Shown here piece by piece: positions 12,096 through 22,409 of a DNA stretch of 64,000 nt; the stretch's first letter is position 1, and each line of letters starts with the position of its first letter. The notes under the pieces are model-generated. The model saw only the letters and a list, made by a program, of their open reading frames with translations. It was not told where the DNA came from and ran no database searches. Position numbers and translations under genes: made by a program. This DNA comes from Octopus sinensis. Its lineage: Eukaryota. The stretch lies in contig NC_043004.1 of the NCBI RefSeq assembly GCF_006345805.1, positions 2,914,001 to 2,978,000 on the forward strand. The letters are read 5' to 3'.

Positions 12096-14727
12096 ATTAA
12101 TATTTATAGTACTGTTAAATGACACTGGTGTATTATATTTAGTATATGCTGTTAAAATTCCTATCCAATAATAGATGAATATTTTAAAATCACGTAAAAC
12201 TGCCGCATTCACACTGAAGAAGTTTTACTCTTGCAGAATTTTCCAAATCGGTCTCTCCTTACCAGACTGAAAAAAGAGTTTTTTATTCGCTGAAACATTT
12301 TCTGTCTTTGGTTTTAAATCCAAATTTGTGGTCTTCATGGTTTCTAAATGCACCATTAACAAAAATTACTCGTCTTCTTTAAAATATTCCTTATTCTCTA
12401 TTAAACATTTCAGAAATTGTCTTGTAAATATACTACATTTTTTATTAGAATTTATACAAATTTACACAATGTTTATCTATAAAATGGAAAAAAGTGATAA
12501 ACACTCGAGTGTGAACAAGAAGGTGGACTGAGGATAATCAGTACTAGAATTGATGTTATATTGTTATTTTGGGCGGTGCATATTTCGCCTATAAACACAG
12601 GCACTGTTTAGTTGATCTTCCCTTTAGCATTGTTATTATTATTCGTCTCACCTTCTGAAGCCTCTTTAATGACTTCCTGTTCCTCTTGTTTCCTCATCTC
12701 TTTCGTCTCATCCTGTCTAATCCATCTTGTCTTTCTGTGGCACGCGTTTATGTCTGTCAGTGTGTGTGCGTGTGTCTATATGTTTTGCATGTGTATGTGT
12801 GTCTTGACTGCGTGTGTATTATATTTTACAGGGAACTGGAAAGAGATCCTCATTTTAAAGTGTTACAAGAAAATGCCTTCAATAAATCGAAATACATTTA
12901 CACTTACATCTGAATTGTTTCTCCGACGGAAGATTATAGTAAATCTGTTGCTATTTTTACTGACTTCTTTTCTTTTTTTTTTTCAGTCCATCCGCATTTA
13001 TCCTCTTCTTTACATCAAACAGCTATTGCTAAATTCGAGAGTGGAATATGCAGGAACATTTTCGATAATGTACAAGGGTAAAATAACCGTTGCTAAAAAG
13101 TAAAACACAAACCTTAGTTTTCCTTATATGGCATATATGAATTCAATAAATAAATTGCATAAAATCACGTATATTTCTTCAAATATATTACTTGAAAATC
13201 GTCTTGATCTGTGGGTAGTGTGTAACGGACGAGTAGAAAATCACAGCCCAAATTATCATATAGATTTTTTAAAATCATCAATGAATGAAAAACTGATTAC
13301 TGAATTTTGCTCTTAGAGCAAATACAGTCTTGGCTAACGCAATAAAAACAACGAAATAAGAATTTCCTTATCAAATCTTCAAAGAATTGACTCAAAAAAG
13401 ATCACGTCCAGTAAAACGTGGGCAGCTAATTTTCCCGCCAATTCTGAGAAAATTACAAGGGTACACCTGGTAATTGCTGACACTCAGCTCTCTGTAGCAA
13501 ACAAAAAGGGAAGAGGATTATGGCAATATGATAAAATAATGTAACTTATATAACGTTTCAGGTTCAAACCCAATCTCTGTAACTAGAAAAACAACATGTC
13601 CTACGATGCGCCTGAAACTAATTCTCCCGGCAAAAAAAAAGAATAGTTATAAAACTATGGCGGATAATTAAAAACGGGCACTGCATATACATACATACAT
13701 ATACACGCAAATCTCTCACTCTTTTTCAATTTGTGTGTGTGTGTGTGTGTGTGTATGCATAATATCTATATCTATCTATATATATATATATATAAACATA
13801 ATATATATACATATGTATACATACATACATACATATTCATATATGTGTGTATGAAATGTGTGTATGTCTCTATGTATATGTATATGTATATGTACACAAA
13901 CACATCATGTATATATGTGTGTGTGTGTAGATGTATGTATGTATGCATGTATGTATGAATGTGTGTATGTATGTCTGTATGTACACGTATATATACATGT
14001 TAGCATTATTTCATTTCATAAGAAACTGAAGCAATATTTGTTCTTTTTAAAATTGAAATATCGCAATATATTCCTGGTAATGGACAATATTCGCTTTGTT
14101 ATTAGACAAAGTTAATTGAAATTTATCACGTAAAAGATGCTTAATTGAAAACATTCGAAACAGTTTTGTTTCTGAGAATAACATATATTTTCAGGGACAT
14201 GAAATGAAACTCTTCTTTATAATGGAATACACTTCATGCGGTTCAATTTCCAAAATGATTACTTCATAAGCATTTTCTGTAGAATGGTTTTCTGAAAATT
14301 TCACCGCAATATTCTTTGACAGGAAATAGCTTATATTGGTTTCTTGTACAGGGAAGAACAGTAAAGCTTTAGAAGAGAGAACCTTAAACTTACTTCGCTC
14401 GCAGCAAGTCTCCCGCACGTGGTTTATTGGCCACCGAGATGGAAACAAAAAGGCGAATAAAAGATGTGAAATTTAATTAAAAATTATATTCAAATAAATA
14501 TTTTAAAATATCTAGTTTGGTGCCCTATGGAAGTCGGAGATCTGTTGATCTGTTGATTTCATTTACAGTTTTAATATTGGAAAAAAGGTCGCAAATTAAA
14601 GAGCAAAGTCTTGAATGAATACCTCTCTAGTTATTGAACTGACTCGAACGATAAACCGTTGCAGATTAGGGAAACGAATGTGAATGTGAAGTATTTAATT
14701 CGGTGTTTTATTATTTCTGACGTCTTT

Positions 14728-14910
14728 TAGCTGGTCGGACAAAATGCTTAGCGATATTTCTTCCGGCTCTTTGCGTTCTGAATTCAAATTCTGTCGAGTT
14801 TGGCTTTACTTTTCATCGATAAAACAAGGACCAGTTAAAAATTGGTGTCAATGTAATCGACTTATCTCACCCGTCAAAATTCCTCACCCTGAGTTAAAAT
14901 TGGAAGGAAT
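14728..14910 (+). mobile_element. Old SINE family A copy
   Basis: aaaatgcttagcgatattt..cgttctgaattcaaattc..tgtaatcgactt. Confidence 0.65.
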
Positions 14911-15339
14911 TATTTAATTAAAATTAATTAATGTGATAAAACGATTTCCTAATGAAAAATACACCATTAAAGTGTTATGACTTCCTGTTTTAAGGGACGA
15001 GGGAGAATGGTATAGGTGGGCGATGACCAGGCGTTTTATAATATTGATTTATGAAATTAGACGTTTTGTGTTCTAATTTCGCATCTAAATCCTAAATTCT
15101 AAAGCTACAAGAATGAAGCCTCATTTGTAGACGTAGTTTGATGGAAGAGAATATTCCACAGCCCAACCGATGGATTTTCCGCACACTCCGGCGGACGAAC
15201 TACTGCTGTCTATTGAAATCTGTGTGACCATTCGATAGGTTACAGATTTCATGATTGCACAATATTTAGAAATGAAAATTTTATAAACTTCATTCCTTCA
15301 AATTCGTAAAACACACACACACATAGACATAAACCTGAA

Positions 15340-15607
15340 CGCTTATGGAGATCTGCCTGTTTCCAACATTATACGAGAAAGACGTTAGTGCTGTGTGAGA
15401 CGTTGTTGACGAGCGAAACAAGAGCTAGCTATGGATGCCAAAGCGCGGCAGTACTCGAACGAGTCGTCCGAACACAGCGTTTGTAGATCAACTCATCGGA
15501 GACACTGCACTCCCCTCGAAAGACCTCATTCAACAAAGGCAGAACCGAGATGGATGGCGAACGCGGGTTACAAATATCGGAGCAGCCTCGACCAGATCAT
15601 TGTGATG
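15340..15607 (+). mobile_element. 3' end of an RTE-clade LINE (decayed)
   Basis: Frames YGDLPVSNIIRERR* and WMPKRGSTRTSRPNTAFVDQLIGDTALPSKDLIQQRQNRDGWRTRV match the RTE C-terminal pattern (..RERRLRFAGH..LW.PK.G...GRP...Y.DQL..D......R..WR). Confidence 0.7.
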
Positions 15608-15944
15608 CGTGTGTGTGTGTGTGTGTGTACGTGTACTCACGAAAATATTATTTTGTAAAATTGCAATTAGTAGAGGGAATTAGCAGCCAGTAGTACAAAG
15701 TTTGGTGTAAGAAATTTTTTACTAAATCTTTCGATTCCAAAATTGTATTTCGTCGAAATCTCACAATTTTCCTCTTCGCCTTCTACTTTCTAAATCCCTT
15801 CATTCCGAAAGGCCGATGGTCTAATTTTTAGAGGGCAAGGCTTCTTCACACAGCTTCTCTCAGAGTGCAACACTGATGTTGCCGAAATGTCTGAGACAGT
15901 TTCGCTACTGTCAATATGGGTCAATATAATTACTGACGAATATA

Positions 15945-15989
<45 letters not shown>

Positions 15990-16107
15990 AACACACACAC
16001 ACAAATGCACACACATATATACGCATGCTGGGAATGTATATTTACGTGCGTGTGTACACAAATATTTTCAGATGTAGATATATATCATTATATACATATA
16101 TATTCAT

Positions 16108-16143
<36 letters not shown>

Positions 16144-16607
16144 ATATATATAATATATATATATTCACACAGACACACGTGTTTTTTGTGTGTGTGTGCG
16201 TGTGTCTGTGTCTCTGTGTGTGTATGTGTGTGTGTGCAGATGCAGATATAGAAATGGCGTGGAGAGTTGGCCTCTCCACTTGTCTTCTCTATCAGTTTGT
16301 AAGACCAATATTTCGGACAGCTCACGCGATGCCTGACCTCCTTTGGGAGCAATCAGTCAATAGAAGAACTGAAAATATTATAAGGTTTCCGTGTCATTCG
16401 ACTACAAATCAATGACAGAACTTCACTAAGAACGAACATATCAAAATGTGTCTAAAAGTTTCTATTAATCGACAAGATATCACAGTTTATCATAGATTCC
16501 TATGTTAATAGTATGAGAGTGGAACTAATACCTGACGCCCGATTTGTGGTGGGTGGAATGTATAAAAATTCCAGTTGTGTATGCTCACACCCACATCCAA
16601 ACAACAC

Positions 16608-16915
16608 GATGCGCAATTGCTCAGTGGTTAGAGCAGCGGACTCGCGGTTTCGATTCCCAGATCGGGCGTTGTGAGTATTTATCGAGCGTTATATCCTTGA
16701 GCAAGACACTTTATTTCATGTTGCTGCAGTCTGATCAGCTGGCAAAAAAAGTAGTACCTGTATTTCGAAGAGCCAGCCTCGTCACACCATATGTCACGTT
16801 GAATCTCCCCGAGAACTACGTTAAAGGTACACGTGTCTGTGGAGTATTCAACCACTTGCGCATTACTTTCACGAGCAGAGTGTTCCGTTGATCGTAACCG
16901 ACGGAGTGCCAGAAC
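16608..16915 (+). mobile_element. tRNA-derived SINE, mosaic of families C and C'
   Basis: Family C head (gcgcaattgctcagtggttag..gtttcgattccc), a C'-type domain (ccttgagcaagacactttatttcatgttgc..cagctggcaaaa), then the family C 3' part (cccgagaactacgtta..taaccgacggagtgcc). Confidence 0.85.
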
Positions 16916-17013
16916 GACAGATATATGTATACTAGCTTAAAAGACACCCTATCGTGCGACTTTTCAGCTGGTATATAGCCTTTATTCAACTGACTCCGAA
17001 TGGGAAGACCTGC

Positions 17014-17253
17014 AATTAAGTACCATTTATGCACTGGGGTCGATATAATCGACTTAATCCGTTTGTCTGTCCTTGTTTGCCCTCTCTATGCTTAGCCCAT
17101 TGTGGGTAGTAAAGAAATAGGTATTTCGTCAGCCACTACGTTCTGAGTTCAAATTCCACCGAGGTCGACTTTGGCTTTCATCCTTTCGGGGTCGATAAAT
17201 TAAGTACCAGTTACGCACTGGGGTCGATGTAATCGGCTTAATCCGTTTGTCTG
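17014..17253 (+). mobile_element. Headless SINE family A multimer (core-linker-core-linker start)
   Basis: Both copies of 'taagtacca..cactggggtcgat..aatc(g)..ttaatccgtttgtctgt' are followed by linker sequence. Confidence 0.85.
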
Positions 17254-17580
17254 TTGGCAAACAATCTTTACTCCAAAGTACTGTTGCTGAATATGTCACA
17301 TTGTGAGATTTAAAAAATAGTAATTTTCTAATTTGAAACTTCCCAGACCAATTTTACGTGTAGACATCAGAAACTAAGATATGGTTTTGAAAGTGTCGAA
17401 CTGAAATTAAAAGTTTGAAACCTACTTGTAACGAAATGCAGATTGAACAATACAGGGTCTGTCATTAAAGAGATAATTAGTTAAACGATAATTGTTATAG
17501 ATTATTAATATTTTTGTCGTTTAGCCCTAGGTTAACACAGATGGGGTAAACTTATGATCAAAAACATTTCATATATGTAC

Positions 17581-18051
17581 TCTTTTTACTTGTTTCAGTC
17601 ATTTGACTGTGGCCATGCTGGCAAATTGCCTTCTGTCGAGCAAATCGACCCCAGGGCTTATTCTTTGTAAACTTAGTACTTATACTATCGGTCTCTTTTG
17701 CGGAACTGCTAAGTTATTGGAACGTAAACCCACCACCATCGGTTGTCAAGCGATGTTGTGGGGGGGGGGGACAAACACAGACACACAAACGTAAACACAC
17801 ACATATATACATACATACATACATACATACATACATACATACATACATACATACATACATACACACATACATACATACATATATTCATATATACGACGAG
17901 CTTCTTTCAGTTTCCGTCTACCAAATCCACTCACAAGGCTTTGGTCGGCCCAAGGCTATAGTAGAAGACACTCGCCCAAGGTGCCACGCAGTCGGATTGA
18001 ACCCGGAACCATGTGGTTGGTAAGCAAGCTTCTTACCACACACCCACTCCT
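17581..18051 (-). mobile_element. tRNA-derived SINE family B, full length, with internal (TACA)n
   Basis: Minus-strand head aggagtgggtgtgtggtaag..ggttccgggttcaatcc, CORE-like ccttgggcgagtgtcttctac, microsatellite, and tail gcatggccacagtcaaatgactgaaacaagta. Confidence 0.9.
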
Positions 18052-18109
18052 ATAAATAAATATACACACATACTTACATATATATGGGGGTTAGTTATCT
18101 TTTATTTCT

Positions 18110-18290
18110 TTCAGTCATTAGATTGCGGCCATGTTGGAGCATCTCTTTAAAAAAATTTTAGCCGAACGAATCCAACCCGGTACTTATTTTTTTAGCGAGG
18201 TATTTATTATATCAGTCTCGTTTACTGAACTCTAAATTACGAGGACGTTGTCAAGCGGTGATGGTGGACAAACACAGACCAAAAGAAACA
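18110..18290 (-). mobile_element. Degenerate 3' half of SINE family B
   Basis: ttcagtcatt..gcggccatgttggagc..gacgttgtcaagcggtgatggtggacaaacacagac. Confidence 0.65.
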
Positions 18291-18318
18291 CACACACATA
18301 CGCACACAATATATAAAT

Positions 18319-18385
<67 letters not shown>

Positions 18386-18403
18386 ATATATATATGTATA
18401 TAT

Positions 18404-18472
<69 letters not shown>

Positions 18473-18586
18473 TATATGATATAATATGATATGATATAGT
18501 ATAATATAAATAATATATAAATATATGCATATATACATACATATATGTACATACCTCCGTATATATCTATATATACATGCATATAT

Positions 18587-18712
18587 GGATACAGGACATA
18601 AAAAAAAGTTGAACACAATGAGAAACGAAAACATAAAAACAAAAACATAGAAACCTTTTTCAAACAACGAATATTCCCCTTCTTCAGTTGTCCCTGTTTC
18701 ATCTACTCCGCG

Positions 18713-18714
<2 letters not shown>
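18587..18714. repeat. Unclassified interspersed repeat (family E), second copy at 20823-21095
   Basis: Both copies share ggata(c/t)aggacat..acacaatgagaaacgaa..caaacaacg..gaatattccccttc..cctgtttcatctactccgcgtt. Confidence 0.7.
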
Positions 18715-18744
<30 letters not shown>

Positions 18745-18747
<3 letters not shown>

Positions 18748-18995
18748 GGTCCCGGGTTGAGTCGGGGTTAACCACAGTAAATAAGGTACTCAATACATAG
18801 CAGAGTAAATTAATTTATTTTATAGAAGGAGCTTCTACAGGACTAGAACTGTTTCATTCAAAAGAAATCATCAGGAGAAGGAGCTTCTACAGGACTAGAA
18901 CTGTTTCATTCAAAAGAAATCATCAGGAAGCTTCCTGATGATTTCTTTTGAATGAAACAGTTCTAGTCCTGTAGAAGCTCCTTCTATAAAATAAA
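18745..18995. mobile_element. Tandem-plus-inverted repeat structure in (TA)n, Penelope pLTR-like
   Basis: 52-bp unit repeated directly (18824-18875, 18876-18927), then inverted about ggaag|cttcc (18930/18931). The flank tttattttat (18814-18823) is mirrored by ataaaataaa (18986-18995). Confidence 0.8.
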
Positions 18996-19001
18996 ATAAA
19001 A

Positions 19002-19048
<47 letters not shown>

Positions 19049-19163
19049 CAGGCTGGGAAAAAATGATCTGACACATTTGTAGGTTTAATAAAAGCGAAAT
19101 AGAGAAAAGAATGAAAAAATGTTATTAAACCTACAAATGTGTCAGATCATTTTTGCCCCACCC

Positions 19164-19165
<2 letters not shown>
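19049..19165. mobile_element. Tc1/mariner-type MITE (117 bp)
   Basis: 43/44-bp TIRs caggctgggaaaaaatgatctgacacatttgtaggtttaataa and ttattaaacctacaaatgtgtcagatcatttttgccccacccta. TA on both sides. Confidence 0.9.
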
Positions 19166-19194
<29 letters not shown>

Positions 19195-19227
19195 ATGTGT
19201 GTGTGCGCGTGCGTGTTTTTGTGTGTG

Positions 19228-19373
19228 TATACGATGGACTTCTTTGAGTTTCTGTGTACCAAACCCACGCCCGAGGCTATAATAGAAGTCCCTTGTCTAG
19301 GGTGTTATGCAGTGGGACTGAACCCCGAACCATGTGGTTAGAAAACACATACTTCTTACCACACAGTCCCGCG
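19228..19373 (-). mobile_element. SINE family B head fragment
   Basis: cccgaggctata..gcagtgggactgaacccc.aaccatgtggtt..ttaccacacag. Confidence 0.75.
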
Positions 19374-20087
19374 TCATTCCTAGAAAACCCCGAGATGGTC
19401 ATAGTTGGCCCGAATATCATCCTTAGTACTCCCAATCACTGCTGACTTGTGTCTGGCTAAGTAATAAAGAACAATGATATCAGTCAACTCTACCAATAAT
19501 ACACATGACGAATATTTCGCTAATTCACCAATTCTATATCGCTACGAGATTTCGCCTATTGTAGACACACGGACAAAACCGGTCTACTTTCAATTCTACT
19601 CTTTTCGAAAATAACCGCTGACTGTGGATGAATGCAGCTAACCATTCGTCTCTATTATACAACATTATATCGAGATGGAATGGGTCATTAAGAGTCAACC
19701 GTTTCTCGTCTAAGCACAACAAAATACTGCAGCCGGTAGTTTCGCCGGAAGCAAGCAACTAGGCTAACATTTATGGTATTCATTCATACAATTACTCGAA
19801 TCTGACAACGCCTGCAGAAACAGTTTTTGTTACTTGTGAGCAAAGCGGTGAATACTAAGAATTTATTATAAACACTCGTTTCTCAGAGACAAGATATTGA
19901 TCATGGAAACAATCTGGGGATTTCTTGCTGCAGAAAGATTCACAGATCTACACAAAATATACAAAGAAATCACACGTATTCACTTCCGTACACATGCAGA
20001 AACACACACGCATACACACACACACACACACACATATGCACAGGGATGCAATTACGCAGAGCATGTCTCACTTTATGTATCACTTCA

Positions 20088-20415
20088 TCTCTCTCTTTCT
20101 CTCTCTCTCCCTTTCACTCCCTCCCTCCATCCCTTTCACTCCCTCACTCCCTCTCTCTCTCCTTTTCATTCCCACCCTCTCTCTCCCTATCACTCCCTCC
20201 CTCTCTCTCCCTTTCACTCCATCCGCCTCTCTCCTTCCCTTTCACTACCCCCTCTCTCTCCCTTTCACTCCCTCCCTCTCTTCCCCTTTCACTCTCTCTC
20301 TCTCAATCCCTTTCACTTCCTCCTTCTCTCTCTCTCCCTTTCACTCCCTTCCTCTCTCTCCCTTTCGCTCCTTCTCTCTCTCTCTCCTTTCACTCCCTTG
20401 CTTCCTCTCTCTCTC
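20088..20415. repeat. Pyrimidine minisatellite, ~20-bp degenerate unit (ctctctccctttcactcc)
   Basis: More than 10 recurrences of ccctttcactc variants. Confidence 0.9.
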
Positions 20416-20822
20416 ATGCGCACACACATACACGTTCCCTCTATATTTCTCTCTTTCTCTGTTTCTATCATCTTCGGTCATGTTCTAAATTATTAAACGC
20501 ATACTATCGAGGCGCGTAAGTTCGTTAGACAATTAATAGCAACTGGCTTCTTATAATCGGGTGTTGTATATATCATTGTAACGTATACACACACACACGT
20601 GTGTGTGTGTGTATAGAATATCGGACAGAATTTTCGACCATAACGTTACAGTTCATCGACCACTTTATCAGCTTGCTTATTGAATTAACGTGGATTCGGT
20701 CGAGTATCTACAGAGCTGTGTATTTCTAACCTATCACTCAGTAAAATAATATATAAATATATGCATATATACATACTTATATGTACCTACCTACATATAT
20801 ATGTATGTATACTTGCATATAT

Positions 20823-21095
20823 GGATATAGGACATCAAAAAACGTTACACAATGAGAAACGAAGACAAAAAAACATAAACATAGAAAAGAAATTTTTTTC
20901 AAACAACGCAAAAAACAGAGTACACGACATACAACACAAGGAATATTCCCCTTCTGCAATTGTTCCTGTTTCATCTACTCCGCGTTACGAGGCAAGGACA
21001 AGACGCGACTTCGTTGAAACAGTTCTTCCCGCAAAGCAAAGTAAATAAAATTTGGGATTCTTTGCGGAGGGTGAAAGTGGTAACAAGAACATGAC
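20823..21095. repeat. Unclassified interspersed repeat (family E), longer copy
   Basis: Homologous to 18587-18714 and extends further (ggcaaggacaagacgcgacttcgttgaaacag). Confidence 0.7.
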
Positions 21096-21669
21096 AGGAA
21101 GAACAAGACAATAAAGATAATAAAAAAGTAAAAACAGTAAAAGACAGAACAATGAGAACAAAACAGTAAAAACAAACGATGAGGGCTGTTAAGTCAAGAC
21201 GATGGAAAAATTATTCTGAATGCTTCAGGCGATGAGCTTATGAAGAGACAGCATAAGCTGGTCTGGTCTTTATGAAGATAGTAGTCGGAAAGATAGCTAC
21301 CCTCTGATCCCGTGTCAGCGACGAGAGAGTCGAGGAGGAGGAGTAAGAGAGAGGAAACGGTGACGGGGAGAAGAGAAGAAGAGGGATGAGTGGGAGAGAA
21401 AACCAGAAAGGATGAAGAACAAGAGAGGGAGAGAGATAGACAGAGAAGAGATAGTAAAAAATTAGTAAAGAAGAAGAGTGCGCATCATAATTATTAAGAT
21501 AAAACTTACTTGGAAAAGGATGAGTGACGTTCGATCATATAATAATATAAATAATAAATAAATATATGCATATATACATACGTATATGTACAAACCTACA
21601 TATATACTTTGATACTTTGATAGGTTTCGGCTATTATTGGCCCAGGCCATGTCTAACTTAATAGCACCA

Positions 21670-21731
<62 letters not shown>

Positions 21732-21734
<3 letters not shown>

Positions 21735-21903
21735 ACGGCGTGTGTATCGATGGCGATTTTTTCCTCCGTCTTCCCTTCCTTGGATCTTTCCTTTTTCTAT
21801 GTTTCTGACGAAGAGCTCCGCTCGAGACGATAAATCCACCTTCTTTCTTTCCTTTCCTGAGCGTCCAATAACACTATACTATCTTTCATGTTTGGATTAA
21901 CTT
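21732..21903 (+). mobile_element. Penelope pLTR-like fragment with degenerate hammerhead, in (TA)n
   Basis: Carries the hammerhead motif at 21801-21835. The downstream ttcctgagcgt is shared with 57483-57665. Confidence 0.6.
21801..21835 (+). ncRNA. Degenerate minimal type I hammerhead motif
   Basis: gttt CTGACGA a gagc tcc gctc GAgA cga t aaat: stems I and II are intact, with two core substitutions. Confidence 0.5.
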
Positions 21904-21924
21904 TATAAATATATATATATATAT

Positions 21925-22260
21925 ATTCAACAACAATTGAGGAACGGCTATAATAGGCCGTTCGACCCACTAGAAAGAGCAGCCAGGGCTCCAACCGCAA
22001 ATAGTAGTAATTCCGAAATCAAAGGAAAAATAAAAAAACATTTACCCTATTCATCCTTTGACAATGCATTGTTTCGGCGTTTTTTAATGGCAAACCATTA
22101 AAAAACGCCGAAACAATGTATTGTCTAAGGATGAATAGGGTAAATGTTTTTTTATTTTTCCTTTGATTTCGGAATTACTACTATTTGTGGCTGGAGCCCT
22201 GGTTGCTCTTTCTAGTGGGTCGAACGGCCTATTATAGCCGTTCCTCAAATGTTGTTGAAT
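21925..22260. repeat. Long near-perfect palindrome (166-bp arms, 4-nt loop)
   Basis: Arms 21925-22090 and 22095-22260 differ at 6 positions by eye. Apex aatgg-caaa-ccatt. Confidence 0.95.
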
Positions 22261-22362
22261 TTATTTATAGTCTCTGACTATTTCCTCTTCCTCACTAGAC
22301 CGCTGGTGGCAAAATAATTTCTATTGAATTTTTTGCTACACTAAATTGATTAATTGAATATA

Positions 22363-22409
<47 letters not shown>

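Noticed and set aside
12620-12745. Minus-strand charged peptide KTRWIRQDETKEMRKQEEQEVIKEAS as a terminal exon
   Set aside because: It is explained by a purine-rich strand, the acceptor is weak, and no compatible upstream exon was found.
14195-14269. Kinase subdomain V-like peptide GHEMKLFFIMEYTSCGSISKMI
   Set aside because: It ends in a stop with no splice donor and no other kinase motifs nearby, so it is probably chance.
18670-18700. CTGAAGA in family E (also ~20950) as a hammerhead
   Set aside because: No GAAA box follows a closable stem II.
18824-18927. CRISPR-like array
   Set aside because: Only two abutting direct units with no spacers, in a eukaryotic context.
21938-21968. Nested 7-bp stem gaacggc/gccgttc as a second hammerhead stem II
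   Set aside because: The flanking bases (ttgagga, gacc) do not match the core boxes.
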